Below, piece by piece: positions 1 to 9,904 of a DNA stretch of 64,000 bases; position 1 is the stretch's first letter; every line of letters starts with the position of its first letter. Origin of the DNA: Candidatus Omnitrophota bacterium (GTDB lineage Bacteria > Omnitrophota > Gorgyraeia > Duberdicusellales > 4484-171); the NCBI GenBank assembly GCA_041652815.1, contig JBAZGN010000002.1, forward strand, positions 302,261-366,260, read 5' to 3'. Under the pieces are notes generated by a model. The model was not told where the DNA came from. It searched no databases and was given only the letters and a program-made list of their open reading frames with translations. The translations under genes and the position numbers were made by a program.

Positions 1-695
1 TCGAAATTGCTATCGCAAATAGAGACGTAATCGTTTCACAAAGGCAGCTGGCTAAAGAAATGGGAGAAATCGGGTCTACGTCACTTGCCGTTAATGGTGA
101 CTTTGAAGTGAAAGAATCTGTCGCCCAAAAGCCTGATTTTGAGATTTTAGCGAAGAATAATCCATCCTTTCAACAGTTGGCTGCGCAGGTCAATTCTGCC
201 GACTTTGGAGTAAAAGCTGCCTACGCAAATTTTGCTCCGACACTTTCAGGCTCTGCGAGCGCAAACAAAAATGATTCGCGTTGGGCACCACATGATGACC
301 AGTGGAACTTAGGGTTAAGCGTGTCTATGCCGGTATTTGAAGGCGGCCTTCGTATCGCCCAGGTTGAGCAGGCAAAAGCGGCATTAAACCAACTTAAAGC
401 TAATGAGAAAAGCACAAGAGATGGGCTTATTTTTACCTTGGAGCAAACCTGGGCATTATTGCAGGATGCGATAGAGAATGTTAAGGTGCAAAAGGAGATT
501 TTGTTTGCTACTGAAGAACGTTCAAAGATAGCCCAAGCACAATATTCTATCGGTTTTATGACGTTCGATAACTGGACCATTATCGAGGATAATTTAGTAA
601 GTGCGAAAAACACTTATTTAAGCGCCCAGGCAGCTGCCTTGCTCGCGGAGGCTAACTGGATTCAGGCGAAAGGAGAAACGTTGGAATATGATTAA
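1..695 (+). CDS. TolC-family outer membrane efflux protein, C-terminal part (gene starts upstream of window)
   Basis: ORF 60..695 open to the window edge; coiled-coil/beta-barrel OMP-like sequence; immediately precedes HlyD-type adaptor and MacB-type pump. Confidence 0.6.
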   Translation, partial: EIAIANRDVIVSQRQLAKEMGEIGSTSLAVNGDFEVKESVAQKPDFEILAKNNPSFQQLAAQVNSADFGVKAAYANFAPTLSGSASANKNDSRWAPHDDQWNLGLSVSMPVFEGGLRIAQVEQAKAALNQLKANEKSTRDGLIFTLEQTWALLQDAIENVKVQKEILFATEERSKIAQAQYSIGFMTFDNWTIIEDNLVSAKNTYLSAQAAALLAEANWIQAKGETLEYD

Positions 696-1665
696 AAAAA
701 AGTTTATTCTGATTATTTTGCTGGTTCTCGTTGGCGTGGCTATCGGTTTTTTTAAGTTTAGGGCCAAGTCCGTAGTTGAAGATACCAGCCAGGAGATAAC
801 ACCGTCGACAGGCACTATCCAAAATATAATTTCAACAACCGGAACGGTTTTACCTAAAAACAGATTAGAGATAAAGCCTCCTGTTGCCGGGCGCATCGAG
901 AGTATTTCGGTCAAAGAAGGTGAAGAGGTGAAAATCGGACAAATTTTAGCATCGATGAGTTCGACCGAAAGAGCCGCGTTGTTAGATGCGGCGCGCGGGC
1001 AAGGACAAGATGCTTTGAGGTATTGGGAAGAGGCTTACAAACCGATAACGCTGCTTGCTCCTATCGATGGAGAGGTGATTGTCGCTACAACCCAACCAGG
1101 CCAGACAGTTACTACGAGTGATGATGTGATTGTTCTTTCCGACCATTTAATAGTCCGCGCGCAGGTCGATGAAACAGATATAGGAAAAATTAAAGTCAGC
1201 CAGGATGCAAACATCATACTTGATGCCTACCCTGACATTAAAATAAAAGCAAAGGTTGAACATATTTATTATGAATCCGAGACAGTAAATAATGTGACCA
1301 TATATAAAGTCGACCTGATTCCGGAAAGTGCGCCGGAATTTTTCCGTTCCGGTATGAACGCAACCGTAGATTTTACGATTTTAAATATTGAAAACGCCTT
1401 GCTTATACCGGTTGCCGCAGTCCATAAAGATAAGAACGAGAATTATGTTTTGTTGAAACAGGCAGGTAGCGTGAATCCTGTTAAGCGCGTAGTTGAGTTG
1501 GGTGTTACAGATGATAAAAATTATGAAGTCATTTCCGGTGTAACTGCTAATGACACGATAATCATTACGACAAAAAAATATGTTTTTCCGAGTAACAATA
1601 ATACCGGAAGCAACCCTTTTTTACCTAAGATGCCAAGCCACAAAAAAGAGAAAAACAACCAGTAA
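688..1665 (+). CDS. macA: HlyD/MacA-type periplasmic adaptor (membrane fusion protein) of tripartite efflux pump
   Basis: N-terminal TM anchor, biotinyl-lipoyl-like and beta-barrel MFP regions; start overlaps the stop of the upstream OMP gene, directly upstream of macB. Confidence 0.7.
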   Translation: MIKKKFILIILLVLVGVAIGFFKFRAKSVVEDTSQEITPSTGTIQNIISTTGTVLPKNRLEIKPPVAGRIESISVKEGEEVKIGQILASMSSTERAALLDAARGQGQDALRYWEEAYKPITLLAPIDGEVIVATTQPGQTVTTSDDVIVLSDHLIVRAQVDETDIGKIKVSQDANIILDAYPDIKIKAKVEHIYYESETVNNVTIYKVDLIPESAPEFFRSGMNATVDFTILNIENALLIPVAAVHKDKNENYVLLKQAGSVNPVKRVVELGVTDDKNYEVISGVTANDTIIITTKKYVFPSNNNTGSNPFLPKMPSHKKEKNNQ

Positions 1666-1670
1666 TAAAA

Positions 1671-3650
1671 ATGATTGAAACGAGAAATTTGTATAAAACT
1701 TACCAGATGGGCGAGATAAAAGTGGAAGCTTTGTGTGGAGTTTCTTTGAGAATCTTGCAGGGAGAATTTGTCGCAATTATGGGCGCTTCCGGCTCGGGCA
1801 AGTCCACTTTGATGCATGTATTAGGGCTCCTAGACCGTCCTGATTCAGGCGAATATTATATTGGCGGCGAAGATGTAACAAAGCTTACCGACAGAGAGCT
1901 GGCGTTAGTCAGGAACCGGTTAGTTGGTTTTGTTTTTCAGCAGTTCCATTTGTTGCCGAGAATGTCAGCGTTAGAAAACGCCGAATTGCCATTAATTTAT
2001 GCCGGTAAAAGGCATTTAAAAGACAGGGCCATGAAAGAAATAGAAGAAGTCGGTTTAAAAGATAGAATGTTGCACAAGCCCAACGAGATGTCCGGCGGAC
2101 AGCAACAGAGAGTGGCTATAGCCAGAAGTCTGGTCAATGATCCGCCGATAATTTTTGCCGATGAACCTACCGGAAATCTTGATTCAAAAAGCAAAGAAGA
2201 AATAATCGCCATTTTAAAAAAGCTTAATGAAAAAGGTAAAACTATAATTGTTGTAACCCACGAAAATGAAATCGCTGCTTACGCTAAAAGAATCATTACG
2301 ATGCGCGATGGACGGGTTATTTCCGATAGGCCCGTTTCCGGTGAAACAATAAATTCGGGAGCGGTGCCTCTTAAATCAGAAAATTTGATTAAAGGTATTC
2401 TGGAGAAGTCAAATAGTGCGGTAAAAGAAGGTATAGAATTTTTTGATTATCTCAGGCAAGCGGTTTCCGCTATGCTAGGACATAAAATGCGCGCATTTTT
2501 ATCAATACTCGGCATACTTATCGGTGTCGCTGCGGTGATCGCGATGCTTGCAATCGGCCAGGGCGCGCAAGAATCAATCGAGCGGCAACTGGCTTCGTTA
2601 GGTTCAAATCTTCTTATTATTAGAGCAGGCGCACATAGGTCGGGAGGAGTGAGTTTGGAATCCGGGACAACCACGCGTTTTACTTTTCAGGACCTTGAGG
2701 CAATTGAAAAGCTCAAAGATTGCATAAAAGGCGTTAGCCCTTCGGTAAGAAACAGGGCGCAGCTGGTTTATGCAAATAATAACTGGAACACGCAGGTAGA
2801 AGGTGTAGGGGTGAGTTACTCGCAACTGCGTTCAGCTGAACCTACCGTCGGAAGATTTTTTACCGAAGAAGAAGTGAAAATGAGAAATAAAGTAGCTCTT
2901 CTTGGTACTACCGTGGTAAAAGAGCTTTTTGGGACGTCTGATCCTATCGGCGAAACCATAAAAATAAATTTGATTAATTTTAAAGTTATAGGCATTTTAC
3001 CTGAAAAAGGTTCTGCCGGCCCCCAAGATCAGGACGATACCGTTATTATTCCTATAACTACAGCAATGTATAGGATATTTGGCAAGCAATATATTGATTC
3101 TTTTTATGTGGAAGCATCCAGCCCGGATACAATTGATATTGCCGAAGAAAAGATTCGTAAGCTTATTATAAAACAGCACCGTTTGATTACCGAAGACCAG
3201 CAGGATTCTTTTCAGATTCGTAATATGTCCGACATTAAGAAAACTCTTGAATCTACCACGCAGACAATGTCTCTTTTGCTTGGTGCAATTGCCGCCATTT
3301 CTCTTTTGGTTGGCGGAATAGGTATTATGAATATTATGCTTGTATCGGTAACTGAACGAACGCGTGAGATAGGGCTGCGTAAGGCAATAGGGGCTAATAA
3401 TAAAGATATTATGACGCAATTCCTTATTGAAGCTATATTGATGTCATTTATCGGAGGCTTGGCTGGTGTTATGCTTGGCGGCGGCGTATCTGCATTGATA
3501 GGTTTGGTTTCAGGTTGGTCGGTAAAAGTTTCCGTATCTTCAGTAATTCTCGCCACAGTTTTTTCTTTGATAGTAGGGGTGGTGTTCGGTCTTTGGCCTG
3601 CCCGGCAAGCTTCCCGCCTTGACCCGATTGAGGCTTTGCGCTACGAATAA
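1671..3650 (+). CDS. macB: MacB-type ABC transporter, fused ATPase + FtsX-like permease
   Basis: Walker A GASGSGKST, ABC signature LSGGQQQRVAIAR, Walker B IIFADEPT, C-terminal 4-TM FtsX-like permease with large periplasmic domain; 659 aa. Confidence 0.85.
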   Translation: MIETRNLYKTYQMGEIKVEALCGVSLRILQGEFVAIMGASGSGKSTLMHVLGLLDRPDSGEYYIGGEDVTKLTDRELALVRNRLVGFVFQQFHLLPRMSALENAELPLIYAGKRHLKDRAMKEIEEVGLKDRMLHKPNEMSGGQQQRVAIARSLVNDPPIIFADEPTGNLDSKSKEEIIAILKKLNEKGKTIIVVTHENEIAAYAKRIITMRDGRVISDRPVSGETINSGAVPLKSENLIKGILEKSNSAVKEGIEFFDYLRQAVSAMLGHKMRAFLSILGILIGVAAVIAMLAIGQGAQESIERQLASLGSNLLIIRAGAHRSGGVSLESGTTTRFTFQDLEAIEKLKDCIKGVSPSVRNRAQLVYANNNWNTQVEGVGVSYSQLRSAEPTVGRFFTEEEVKMRNKVALLGTTVVKELFGTSDPIGETIKINLINFKVIGILPEKGSAGPQDQDDTVIIPITTAMYRIFGKQYIDSFYVEASSPDTIDIAEEKIRKLIIKQHRLITEDQQDSFQIRNMSDIKKTLESTTQTMSLLLGAIAAISLLVGGIGIMNIMLVSVTERTREIGLRKAIGANNKDIMTQFLIEAILMSFIGGLAGVMLGGGVSALIGLVSGWSVKVSVSSVILATVFSLIVGVVFGLWPARQASRLDPIEALRYE

Positions 3651-3734
3651 AAAACACAGAAAAATAGTGCGTATACCTTATAGCCATGGTAAAATTATCT
3701 TTAAGCAACCTTATTTAGGCGTTAGGATATAATA

Positions 3735-4775
3735 ATGATATCAAAAGAAAAAATTGATTTAGCTACTGTTTCTGAGGAAAGCCTTCTCGATCTTCGCATA
3801 AAAGATTTGCCCTTAAGCATAGAAGGTACCTGGCTTTCTGACTGCGTGAAAGAGCTTTATCAGGAACTTGAATCAAAAGGCATAAAATTTAAACCGGTTT
3901 GCTACTTGGCCGATGAATGGTTTTCCCCTGACCAGGACCCTCAAATCGGCATACCATTCTTTTTGGCCCACCCTGCCCTTATAAAACTTGAAAAAAAGAT
4001 GATGCGTGAAGCTGAAGGGGAGACAAAATCCTGGTGTATGCAGTTGTTACGCCATGAAGCCGGGCATGCCATAAACTATGCTTATAAGTTATACCAATCG
4101 CCTGACTGGAAAAAAATATTCGGACAGTTTTCCAAAACCTACGCAGATGCCTATAGGTTTAAGCCTTATAGTAAAAGTTTCGTAAGGCACCTGGAAAAAT
4201 ATTATGCTCAATGCCATCCTGATGAAGATTTTGCCGAGACTTTTGCTGTGTGGCTTACCCCGGGATTTGACTGGCGCGCTCAATATAAAGGCTGGAAGGC
4301 AGTTGCCAAGCTTCAGTTTATAGAGGAGGTCATATTAGTAATTAAAGATAAGCCGCCCCTGGTTAAAAATGGGAAGAAATACCGTAAAGCTTCTTCGTTG
4401 CCCCTTACTCTTAAGAATTATTACAAAAAGAAAAAAATCAATTTAGCCGAAGAATTTCCCGAATTCCATGATACAAATTTGGCAAAAATATTTGCCGATA
4501 AACATAAAGATGATACCAAATTACCATATGCCTACAGTATAATAAAAAGATATAAAGATACTATTTGCAATAATGTTTCAATCTGGACAGGAGAGAAAAA
4601 ATTCATTATAAATGATTTGCTTGAAACTTTAATTGAAAGGTGCAAACAGCTTAATTTATTAAACCCGATGTCAGAGCAGCAGGCGGTGCTCAAGATATCA
4701 ATCTACGTTACCGCACTTATAATGAATTATGTTAATACTGGAAGTTTTTCGAGGAAAAAATGGATAAAAAACTGA
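3735..4775 (+). CDS. putative zinc metallopeptidase-like protein (HExxH motif HEAGH plus downstream DEDFAE)
   Basis: HEAGHAINY and HPDEDFAETFAVWL motifs; overlaps the start of the ATP-grasp gene (translational coupling). Confidence 0.45.
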   Translation: MISKEKIDLATVSEESLLDLRIKDLPLSIEGTWLSDCVKELYQELESKGIKFKPVCYLADEWFSPDQDPQIGIPFFLAHPALIKLEKKMMREAEGETKSWCMQLLRHEAGHAINYAYKLYQSPDWKKIFGQFSKTYADAYRFKPYSKSFVRHLEKYYAQCHPDEDFAETFAVWLTPGFDWRAQYKGWKAVAKLQFIEEVILVIKDKPPLVKNGKKYRKASSLPLTLKNYYKKKKINLAEEFPEFHDTNLAKIFADKHKDDTKLPYAYSIIKRYKDTICNNVSIWTGEKKFIINDLLETLIERCKQLNLLNPMSEQQAVLKISIYVTALIMNYVNTGSFSRKKWIKN

Positions 4776-5785
4776 AAGTTTTATTAGTTTTTGATTGTCC
4801 CTATGCAACTGCGCGGGGTTATGATTTTGTCAAAGAATTCAAAGAACCGGATTGGGACACCCAGCTTAACGTTTATGAAGCGCTTCGCGAAAATGGCCAT
4901 GAGGTAAGCTTGCTTGGAGTGTATGACAATATAAATCTTCTTATCGAGGAGATAAATCAAAACAAACCGGATGTTGCGTTTAATATCATGGAGGGTTTTA
5001 GAAAAAAGACTAACCTCGAAAGGAATGCCGCGTGGCTGCTGGAAATGTTAAATGTACCTTTTACCGGAGCAAGCCCGGCAGCGCTTCTTGTTTGTAACGA
5101 CAAAGCTTTAAGTAAAAAGATTTTAAGTTTCCATAAAATACGCGTGCCCAATTTTCACACTTTTCACAGAAACAGAAAACTTAAGTCTATCAAACGGCCT
5201 AAGCTTCCTGCTATAGTAAAGCCTTTGTGCGAGGAGGCTTCTGTCGGTATATCTCAGGCGTCAGTAGTGGACAATGAAGCTGCCTGCCTTGAAAGAATAA
5301 AATTCATACATGAGAAAATGAATATGGATGCTATTGTCGAAGAATATATTCCCGGGAGAGAGTTCTATGTAAGTATTATCGGCCATAAAATACTTGAAGT
5401 TTTACCCATAAGAGAGATGAAGTTTGGGGAAATTTCCGATCCGGAAAGTAAAATCGCAACTTACAAAGCAAAATGGGACGATGAATACCGGAAGAAATGG
5501 GGGATACAGAATGTTTTTGCTAATAACATGCCTGAGGGGTTAGAGAAAAAACTTACACATATATGTAAAACAGCTTATCGCGCATTAAATTTAAATTCTT
5601 ATGCCCGCTTTGACCTAAGGGTTGAGGCTTCCGGCAGGATTTATGTTTTGGAAGTAAATGCCAATCCTTGTTTGGCAAAAGACGACGAAATGGCCCAGTC
5701 AGCGGAAAAAGCAGAAATCCCATATAGCAAGCTTATCCAAAGAATTCTTTCCCTTGCGTTAAATAATACCGATAACGGCAAATAG
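4760..5785 (+). CDS. ATP-grasp family ligase (D-alanine--D-alanine ligase / RimK-like fold)
   Basis: N-terminal pre-ATP-grasp, central EEYIPGREF and C-terminal LEVNANP motifs typical of Ddl-type ATP-grasp enzymes. Confidence 0.6.
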   Translation: MDKKLKVLLVFDCPYATARGYDFVKEFKEPDWDTQLNVYEALRENGHEVSLLGVYDNINLLIEEINQNKPDVAFNIMEGFRKKTNLERNAAWLLEMLNVPFTGASPAALLVCNDKALSKKILSFHKIRVPNFHTFHRNRKLKSIKRPKLPAIVKPLCEEASVGISQASVVDNEAACLERIKFIHEKMNMDAIVEEYIPGREFYVSIIGHKILEVLPIREMKFGEISDPESKIATYKAKWDDEYRKKWGIQNVFANNMPEGLEKKLTHICKTAYRALNLNSYARFDLRVEASGRIYVLEVNANPCLAKDDEMAQSAEKAEIPYSKLIQRILSLALNNTDNGK

Positions 5786-5840
5786 CCCTTTGTAGAAAGT
5801 CTTAACCGTTACGTAATAGTTTCATTAAGGCCGGTATAAA

Positions 5841-6413
5841 ATGATTAATGATTTTAAAAAGAAAGCAGAACAAAGAGTTCAGGATTTAAATGAAATCGGC
5901 GTTGTTATTGATGCCTGGGATGATATTTTTTCCGACTTTGATCCCAGGGCATTGAGTGAGCGCACGGTTTCAGGAGATTTTATAGATGAGCTAAAGAAAC
6001 GATATAAAGAAACACCGGCTGGAAATTTTATTATTACAATCCATGTTCCTTTTTCACTAAAGAATGAAGAGTCGGAACGAATGGTTGTTAACCGGCTCAG
6101 AAAACATTTTCGCTATAAATTTTTACAGAAGAAGAAAGTTATTGCAATTATACGTATCCGGGGGATTGTGTTTGTTATTGTGGGCATTTGTTCGCTAAGT
6201 TTTTTAACCCTCGCAACATATTTTAAATTCCTAAGCGAACTTACGCTTCAGATTTCAAGTATTATTCTAATGCCGCTTGGTTGGTTCGGAATTTGGGAAG
6301 GGCTTTCCAAACTTGTTGATACTTCGCCGGTAGTTATACGGGATGAAAAATTATTTGAAAAACTCTCAAAGGCAACCTACCATTTTAATTATATAGACAG
6401 CGTGAATAAATGA
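5841..6413 (+). CDS. hypothetical protein with C-terminal transmembrane segments
   Basis: ORF with hydrophobic helices (IVFVIVGICSLSFLTLATYF, ILMPLGWFGIW); no recognisable family. Confidence 0.35.
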   Translation: MINDFKKKAEQRVQDLNEIGVVIDAWDDIFSDFDPRALSERTVSGDFIDELKKRYKETPAGNFIITIHVPFSLKNEESERMVVNRLRKHFRYKFLQKKKVIAIIRIRGIVFVIVGICSLSFLTLATYFKFLSELTLQISSIILMPLGWFGIWEGLSKLVDTSPVVIRDEKLFEKLSKATYHFNYIDSVNK

Positions 6414-6658
6414 ACCAACCAAAAATTGACTATCCTTGCGAATGGGAATACAGAATTATCGGTCTAGATGAAGAAGAGTTACGTAAGATAGCCTCTGAAA
6501 TTTTTAGAACTAAACAATATACTTTATCTTTTTCGAATATAAGCAAGAAGGGAAAATATATTTCTCTTTCTTTAAAAACCATTGTTGCCACGGAAAAAGA
6601 GCGTAATGATATATATACCTTTCTACGTAAAGCCCCGGCAATTAAAAGCATAGTCTAA
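6410..6658 (+). CDS. DUF493 / YbeD-like (UPF0250) small protein
   Basis: 82 aa; YPCEWEYRIIG and SKKGKYISLSL resemble YbeD FPTPFTYKVMG / SSKGNYHSVS motifs. Confidence 0.5.
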   Translation: MNQPKIDYPCEWEYRIIGLDEEELRKIASEIFRTKQYTLSFSNISKKGKYISLSLKTIVATEKERNDIYTFLRKAPAIKSIV

Positions 6659-7231
6659 ATGGCCAAAAAAATATTAATACTTTCAGCTAGCCCTAAAAAA
6701 GATGGCAATACCGCTATGCTTGTGAATTGGTTTTGCAAAGGTGCACGTGCCAAAGATGTTGAGATTGAAATTGTTCTTGCTGCTTTTCTAAAATATAAAT
6801 CTAACGGCTGTACATCTTGCCGCGTGTGCCAAAAAATTAAAGAATATGAATGCGTAATCGATGATGAGGCAAAGCCGGTGTTGAAAAAAATGGCTGAAGC
6901 AGACGTTATCGTTATGGCAACACCGCTTTATTTCTTCGGGCCAAGTGCACAGCTTAAGCTTATTTTTGATAGGATGTTTTCTCTTTTTAAATGGGACAAT
7001 GAAGCTAAAACAATGCAAACCGTCCTAAAAGGAAAAACCTTAGTCCTTATTGCCAGCGCTTTTGAAGACGTCGGATTGGAAGTTCTCGAGAAACCGTTTG
7101 CCTTAACCGCAGAATATAGCGGAATGAAATTTAAATCACTCCTTATTCCTAATGCAGGGGTTTCGGGTACTATAAAAAATGACGCTGCTATCCGTGAAAA
7201 AACTATCTCTCTGGGCAGAGAGATAGGATAA
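6659..7231 (+). CDS. flavodoxin-like NAD(P)H-dependent FMN reductase / iron-sulfur flavoprotein family
   Basis: ILILSASPKKDGNT N-terminus, cysteine cluster CTSCRVC..C, flavodoxin-like fold length; paralog of 28760..29416. Confidence 0.6.
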   Translation: MAKKILILSASPKKDGNTAMLVNWFCKGARAKDVEIEIVLAAFLKYKSNGCTSCRVCQKIKEYECVIDDEAKPVLKKMAEADVIVMATPLYFFGPSAQLKLIFDRMFSLFKWDNEAKTMQTVLKGKTLVLIASAFEDVGLEVLEKPFALTAEYSGMKFKSLLIPNAGVSGTIKNDAAIREKTISLGREIG

Positions 7232-7388
7232 CAATAATTCTTTTTAATTGCAGCATGCTTAGGCGTATATCGTGGGCAGGAAATTCTTGGTAATGATAGA
7301 AATCTATCTCAAATTTTCCTGTCTTGTTTTATTTGATAAATAAAAGCCGGGCAGTAGACTTGGCTAAAATTTATAGTATAATTGCATA

Positions 7389-8159
7389 ATGAATCTGATA
7401 ACCGCAGTTATTTTCGGCGTAGTAGAAGGAATAACGGAATTTTTACCCATATCTTCAACCGGTCACCTAATTCTTACAGCCGATCTTTTAAAAACTCCTC
7501 AGACTGAATTTCTAAAAAGTTTTGAAATAGCAATACAGCTCGGGGCGATACTTTCGGTTGTGGTTCTGTACTGGAAATCTTTTTTAATAAAAATTCCTGT
7601 ATTAAAAAAAATTACAGTAGCTTTTATCCCCACTGCCTTAATCGGATTATCGCTTTATAAGGTTCTTAAATCATTTCTGCTGCAAAATAGTTCAATTGTG
7701 CTTTGGTCGCTGCTTGCGGGTGGAATATTTATCATTATTTTTGAAATTTTCTATCGGCAGGAAAAAGCCACGATAGAGGATATCAGTTTAATTTCATACC
7801 CAAAAGCTTTTTTAATCGGCATATTTCAATCAATTGCCATAATTCCAGGGGTTTCGCGGTCGGCGGCAACAATTATCGGCGGCTTGATTTTAGGTTTGAA
7901 ACGAAAGACAATTGTAGAATTTTCATTTTTATTGGCTGTTCCTACAATGCTTGCGGCAACTGTTTTTGATTTAACAAAAAGCGCAGGCACTTTTAATTCC
8001 GGGCAGTTTATTTATCTCGTTGTAGGTTTTATTGTTTCTTTTGTTACTGCGTGTTTTGCCATAAAATTTCTTCTTTATTTCATCAAGAACCATAATTTTA
8101 TTCTCTTTGCTATATACCGTATTGTATTGGCAATAGCAATGTTTATATTTTTGTCTTAA
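7389..8159 (+). CDS. uppP: undecaprenyl-diphosphate phosphatase
   Basis: EGITEFLPISSTGHLIL signature and PGVSRSAATI motif of UppP/BacA; 8 TM helices. Confidence 0.9.
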   Translation: MNLITAVIFGVVEGITEFLPISSTGHLILTADLLKTPQTEFLKSFEIAIQLGAILSVVVLYWKSFLIKIPVLKKITVAFIPTALIGLSLYKVLKSFLLQNSSIVLWSLLAGGIFIIIFEIFYRQEKATIEDISLISYPKAFLIGIFQSIAIIPGVSRSAATIIGGLILGLKRKTIVEFSFLLAVPTMLAATVFDLTKSAGTFNSGQFIYLVVGFIVSFVTACFAIKFLLYFIKNHNFILFAIYRIVLAIAMFIFLS

Positions 8160-8220
8160 TTTTTGTTTTAATTAATAAATTGATCATTTATTGCGAAAAA
8201 CAATTTAAAGGGAGGTATCA

Positions 8221-8517
8221 ATGGAAATAATCTGTCCGCAATGTAAAAGTGGGAGCGTGGTAGAGGGGAAAATCTTCAATCAGGCAGATTATATTGAGCC
8301 ACGCGCCTGTTTCAGGCCTAACGGATTACCTTTTTTTGCTTCGCTTGTAACGAACATCTGGATAAAAAATAAATTTTTTGCCTGTTCTGTCTGCGGTTTT
8401 ATTTGGGCTAAAGATAACGAAAAAGATGTTAGAGAAAGTTTGTCCAGGATAGCTACGCGTTACGTACAAAAGAAATCAGAATCAAAACCCGACGAAGTTT
8501 ACGAGCTTGGTAAATAG
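8221..8517 (+). CDS. small hypothetical protein with CxxC...CxxC zinc-ribbon-like cysteines
   Basis: CPQC ... CSVC pairs; strong RBS GGGAGG upstream. Confidence 0.35.
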   Translation: MEIICPQCKSGSVVEGKIFNQADYIEPRACFRPNGLPFFASLVTNIWIKNKFFACSVCGFIWAKDNEKDVRESLSRIATRYVQKKSESKPDEVYELGK

Positions 8518-8539
8518 AGGGCTCCGAAAAACTATGTTG

Positions 8540-8666
8540 ACACCGCAAAAACGCAAAATTCCGCAAAGACGCAAAAAGAAACACAGAATAAGATTCCGTG
8601 ATTTTTCGGTATAATTTTCGTATTTTTCTTTTGCGCTTTTGCGGCACTTTTGCGACTTTGCGGTGT
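8540..8666. repeat. palindromic hairpin element, copy 1 (arms of ~4 degenerate CGCAAAA octamers)
   Basis: Left arm acaccgcaaaaacgcaaaattccgcaaagacgcaaaaag is the reverse complement of right arm cttttgcgcttttgcggcacttttgcgactttgcggtgt; near-identical element at 11672..11777. Confidence 0.8.
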
Positions 8667-8700
8667 AAAAGGACTTTTTCAGAGACCATAAATAAAAGAA

Positions 8701-8728
8701 TTGACAAAAAGTGGTACTAAGCTATAAT
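8701..8728 (+). promoter_or_regulatory. sigma70-type promoter TTGACA-N16-TATAAT driving the riboswitch/btuFCD transcript
   Basis: Exact consensus hexamers with 16-nt spacer, ~20 nt upstream of the riboswitch aptamer. Confidence 0.6.
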
Positions 8729-8744
8729 TCATTCGTTCTTTAAA

Positions 8745-9027
8745 ATTTATAAATGAATTTTGTGGTGCTCGAAAGAGCATAAAAGGGAATTCCGTGTAAT
8801 TCGGAAGCACTCCCGGTGCTGTAACCTGACTCTTTTTACAACAAAAGAGAACCTTTAATATTAAAAGCCACTACCATAAAGTGGGAAGGCGTTAAGGGTA
8901 AGGGAAGCCAGAAGACCTGCCGCAAATATTTGAATCTTTAGGTTTTGCGTGGAACATAACCTAGATTTTTCATTTTCCGGGCTAAGAAAACGAGGATGCA
9001 CCCCGACTGACACAGTCGGGGTTTTTT
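8745..9027 (+). promoter_or_regulatory. cobalamin (B12) riboswitch with intrinsic terminator expression platform
   Basis: AAAAGGGAAttccGTGtAAtTCggaaGCaCTCCCGgtGCTGTAA core and GCCACTaccataaaGTGGGAAGGC element match the cobalamin riboswitch consensus; followed by hairpin ccccgactgacacagtcgggg + T-run at 9001..9027; precedes btuF. Confidence 0.8.
9001..9027 (+). terminator. rho-independent terminator (riboswitch expression platform)
   Basis: GC stem ccccgactg/cagtcgggg followed by tttttt. Confidence 0.7.
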
Positions 9028-9052
9028 ATTTTATAGCGATTGAGAAATAGTT

Positions 9053-9904
9053 ATGCAGATTAAATATAAGATAGCGGCAATTATTTTTGTATTTTGTTTT
9101 AGTTACACAAGCTATCTTTTTGCACAAAATAAACAATTGCGGATAATTTCCCTTGCTCCTGCTACAACGGAAATCTTATTTGCCTTAGGCTTAGATAAAG
9201 AAATCGTAGGGGTGAGTGAATTTTGTAACTATCCTAAAGAGGCAGAGGCCAAAGAAAAAATCGGCACTTTCAGCCGGCCGAATATCGAAAAGATATTATC
9301 AATTAAACCGGATTTAATCTTTTGTACAGGCCTTGAGCAGTCACCAGTTATTGCCAAGCTAAAACAGTTAAATTTAAATATTTTTGTAAGTGACCCGAAA
9401 AATATAAATGAGCTTTTTCAGTCAATTAGAGAGATAGGAAAATTGACCAACAAAGAAAAAGAGTCTACGGCGCTTATTGATAGCATGAGAATCCGGATAG
9501 AAAAAATCAATTCTCAGGTCTCACGAATTAGCAAAGAAAGAAAGCAAAAAGTTTTTATTGAAATTTGGTATAGCCCTTTAACTACAGTAGGCCGCGGTTC
9601 ATTTATAAATGAACTAATAGAGTTTTCCGGAGGCGTAAATATAACTTCTGATATCAAGAGTGCCTATAGTTCTGTAACCTCTGAGGTAGTTCTGAAACGT
9701 AACCCTGATTGTATCATTCTTGCCTATATGGGAAATTTAAGCCCAATAGAGCAGGTAATGGCTCGGCCCGGATGGAACAATATTGCTGCAGTTAAAAATA
9801 AACGCGTGTATAACGATATTGATCCCGATACATTACTTCGGCCCGGGCCGCGTATAGTAGAAGCGCTTTATGGGCTGCACAAAAAATTATATCCCGATGA
9901 ATAA
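9053..9904 (+). CDS. btuF: periplasmic cobalamin/siderophore-type ABC substrate-binding protein (BtuF-like)
   Basis: Signal peptide, class III periplasmic binding protein pattern (RIISLAPATTEILFALG); under B12 riboswitch; upstream of FecCD permease and ATPase. Confidence 0.75.
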   Translation: MQIKYKIAAIIFVFCFSYTSYLFAQNKQLRIISLAPATTEILFALGLDKEIVGVSEFCNYPKEAEAKEKIGTFSRPNIEKILSIKPDLIFCTGLEQSPVIAKLKQLNLNIFVSDPKNINELFQSIREIGKLTNKEKESTALIDSMRIRIEKINSQVSRISKERKQKVFIEIWYSPLTTVGRGSFINELIEFSGGVNITSDIKSAYSSVTSEVVLKRNPDCIILAYMGNLSPIEQVMARPGWNNIAAVKNKRVYNDIDPDTLLRPGPRIVEALYGLHKKLYPDE

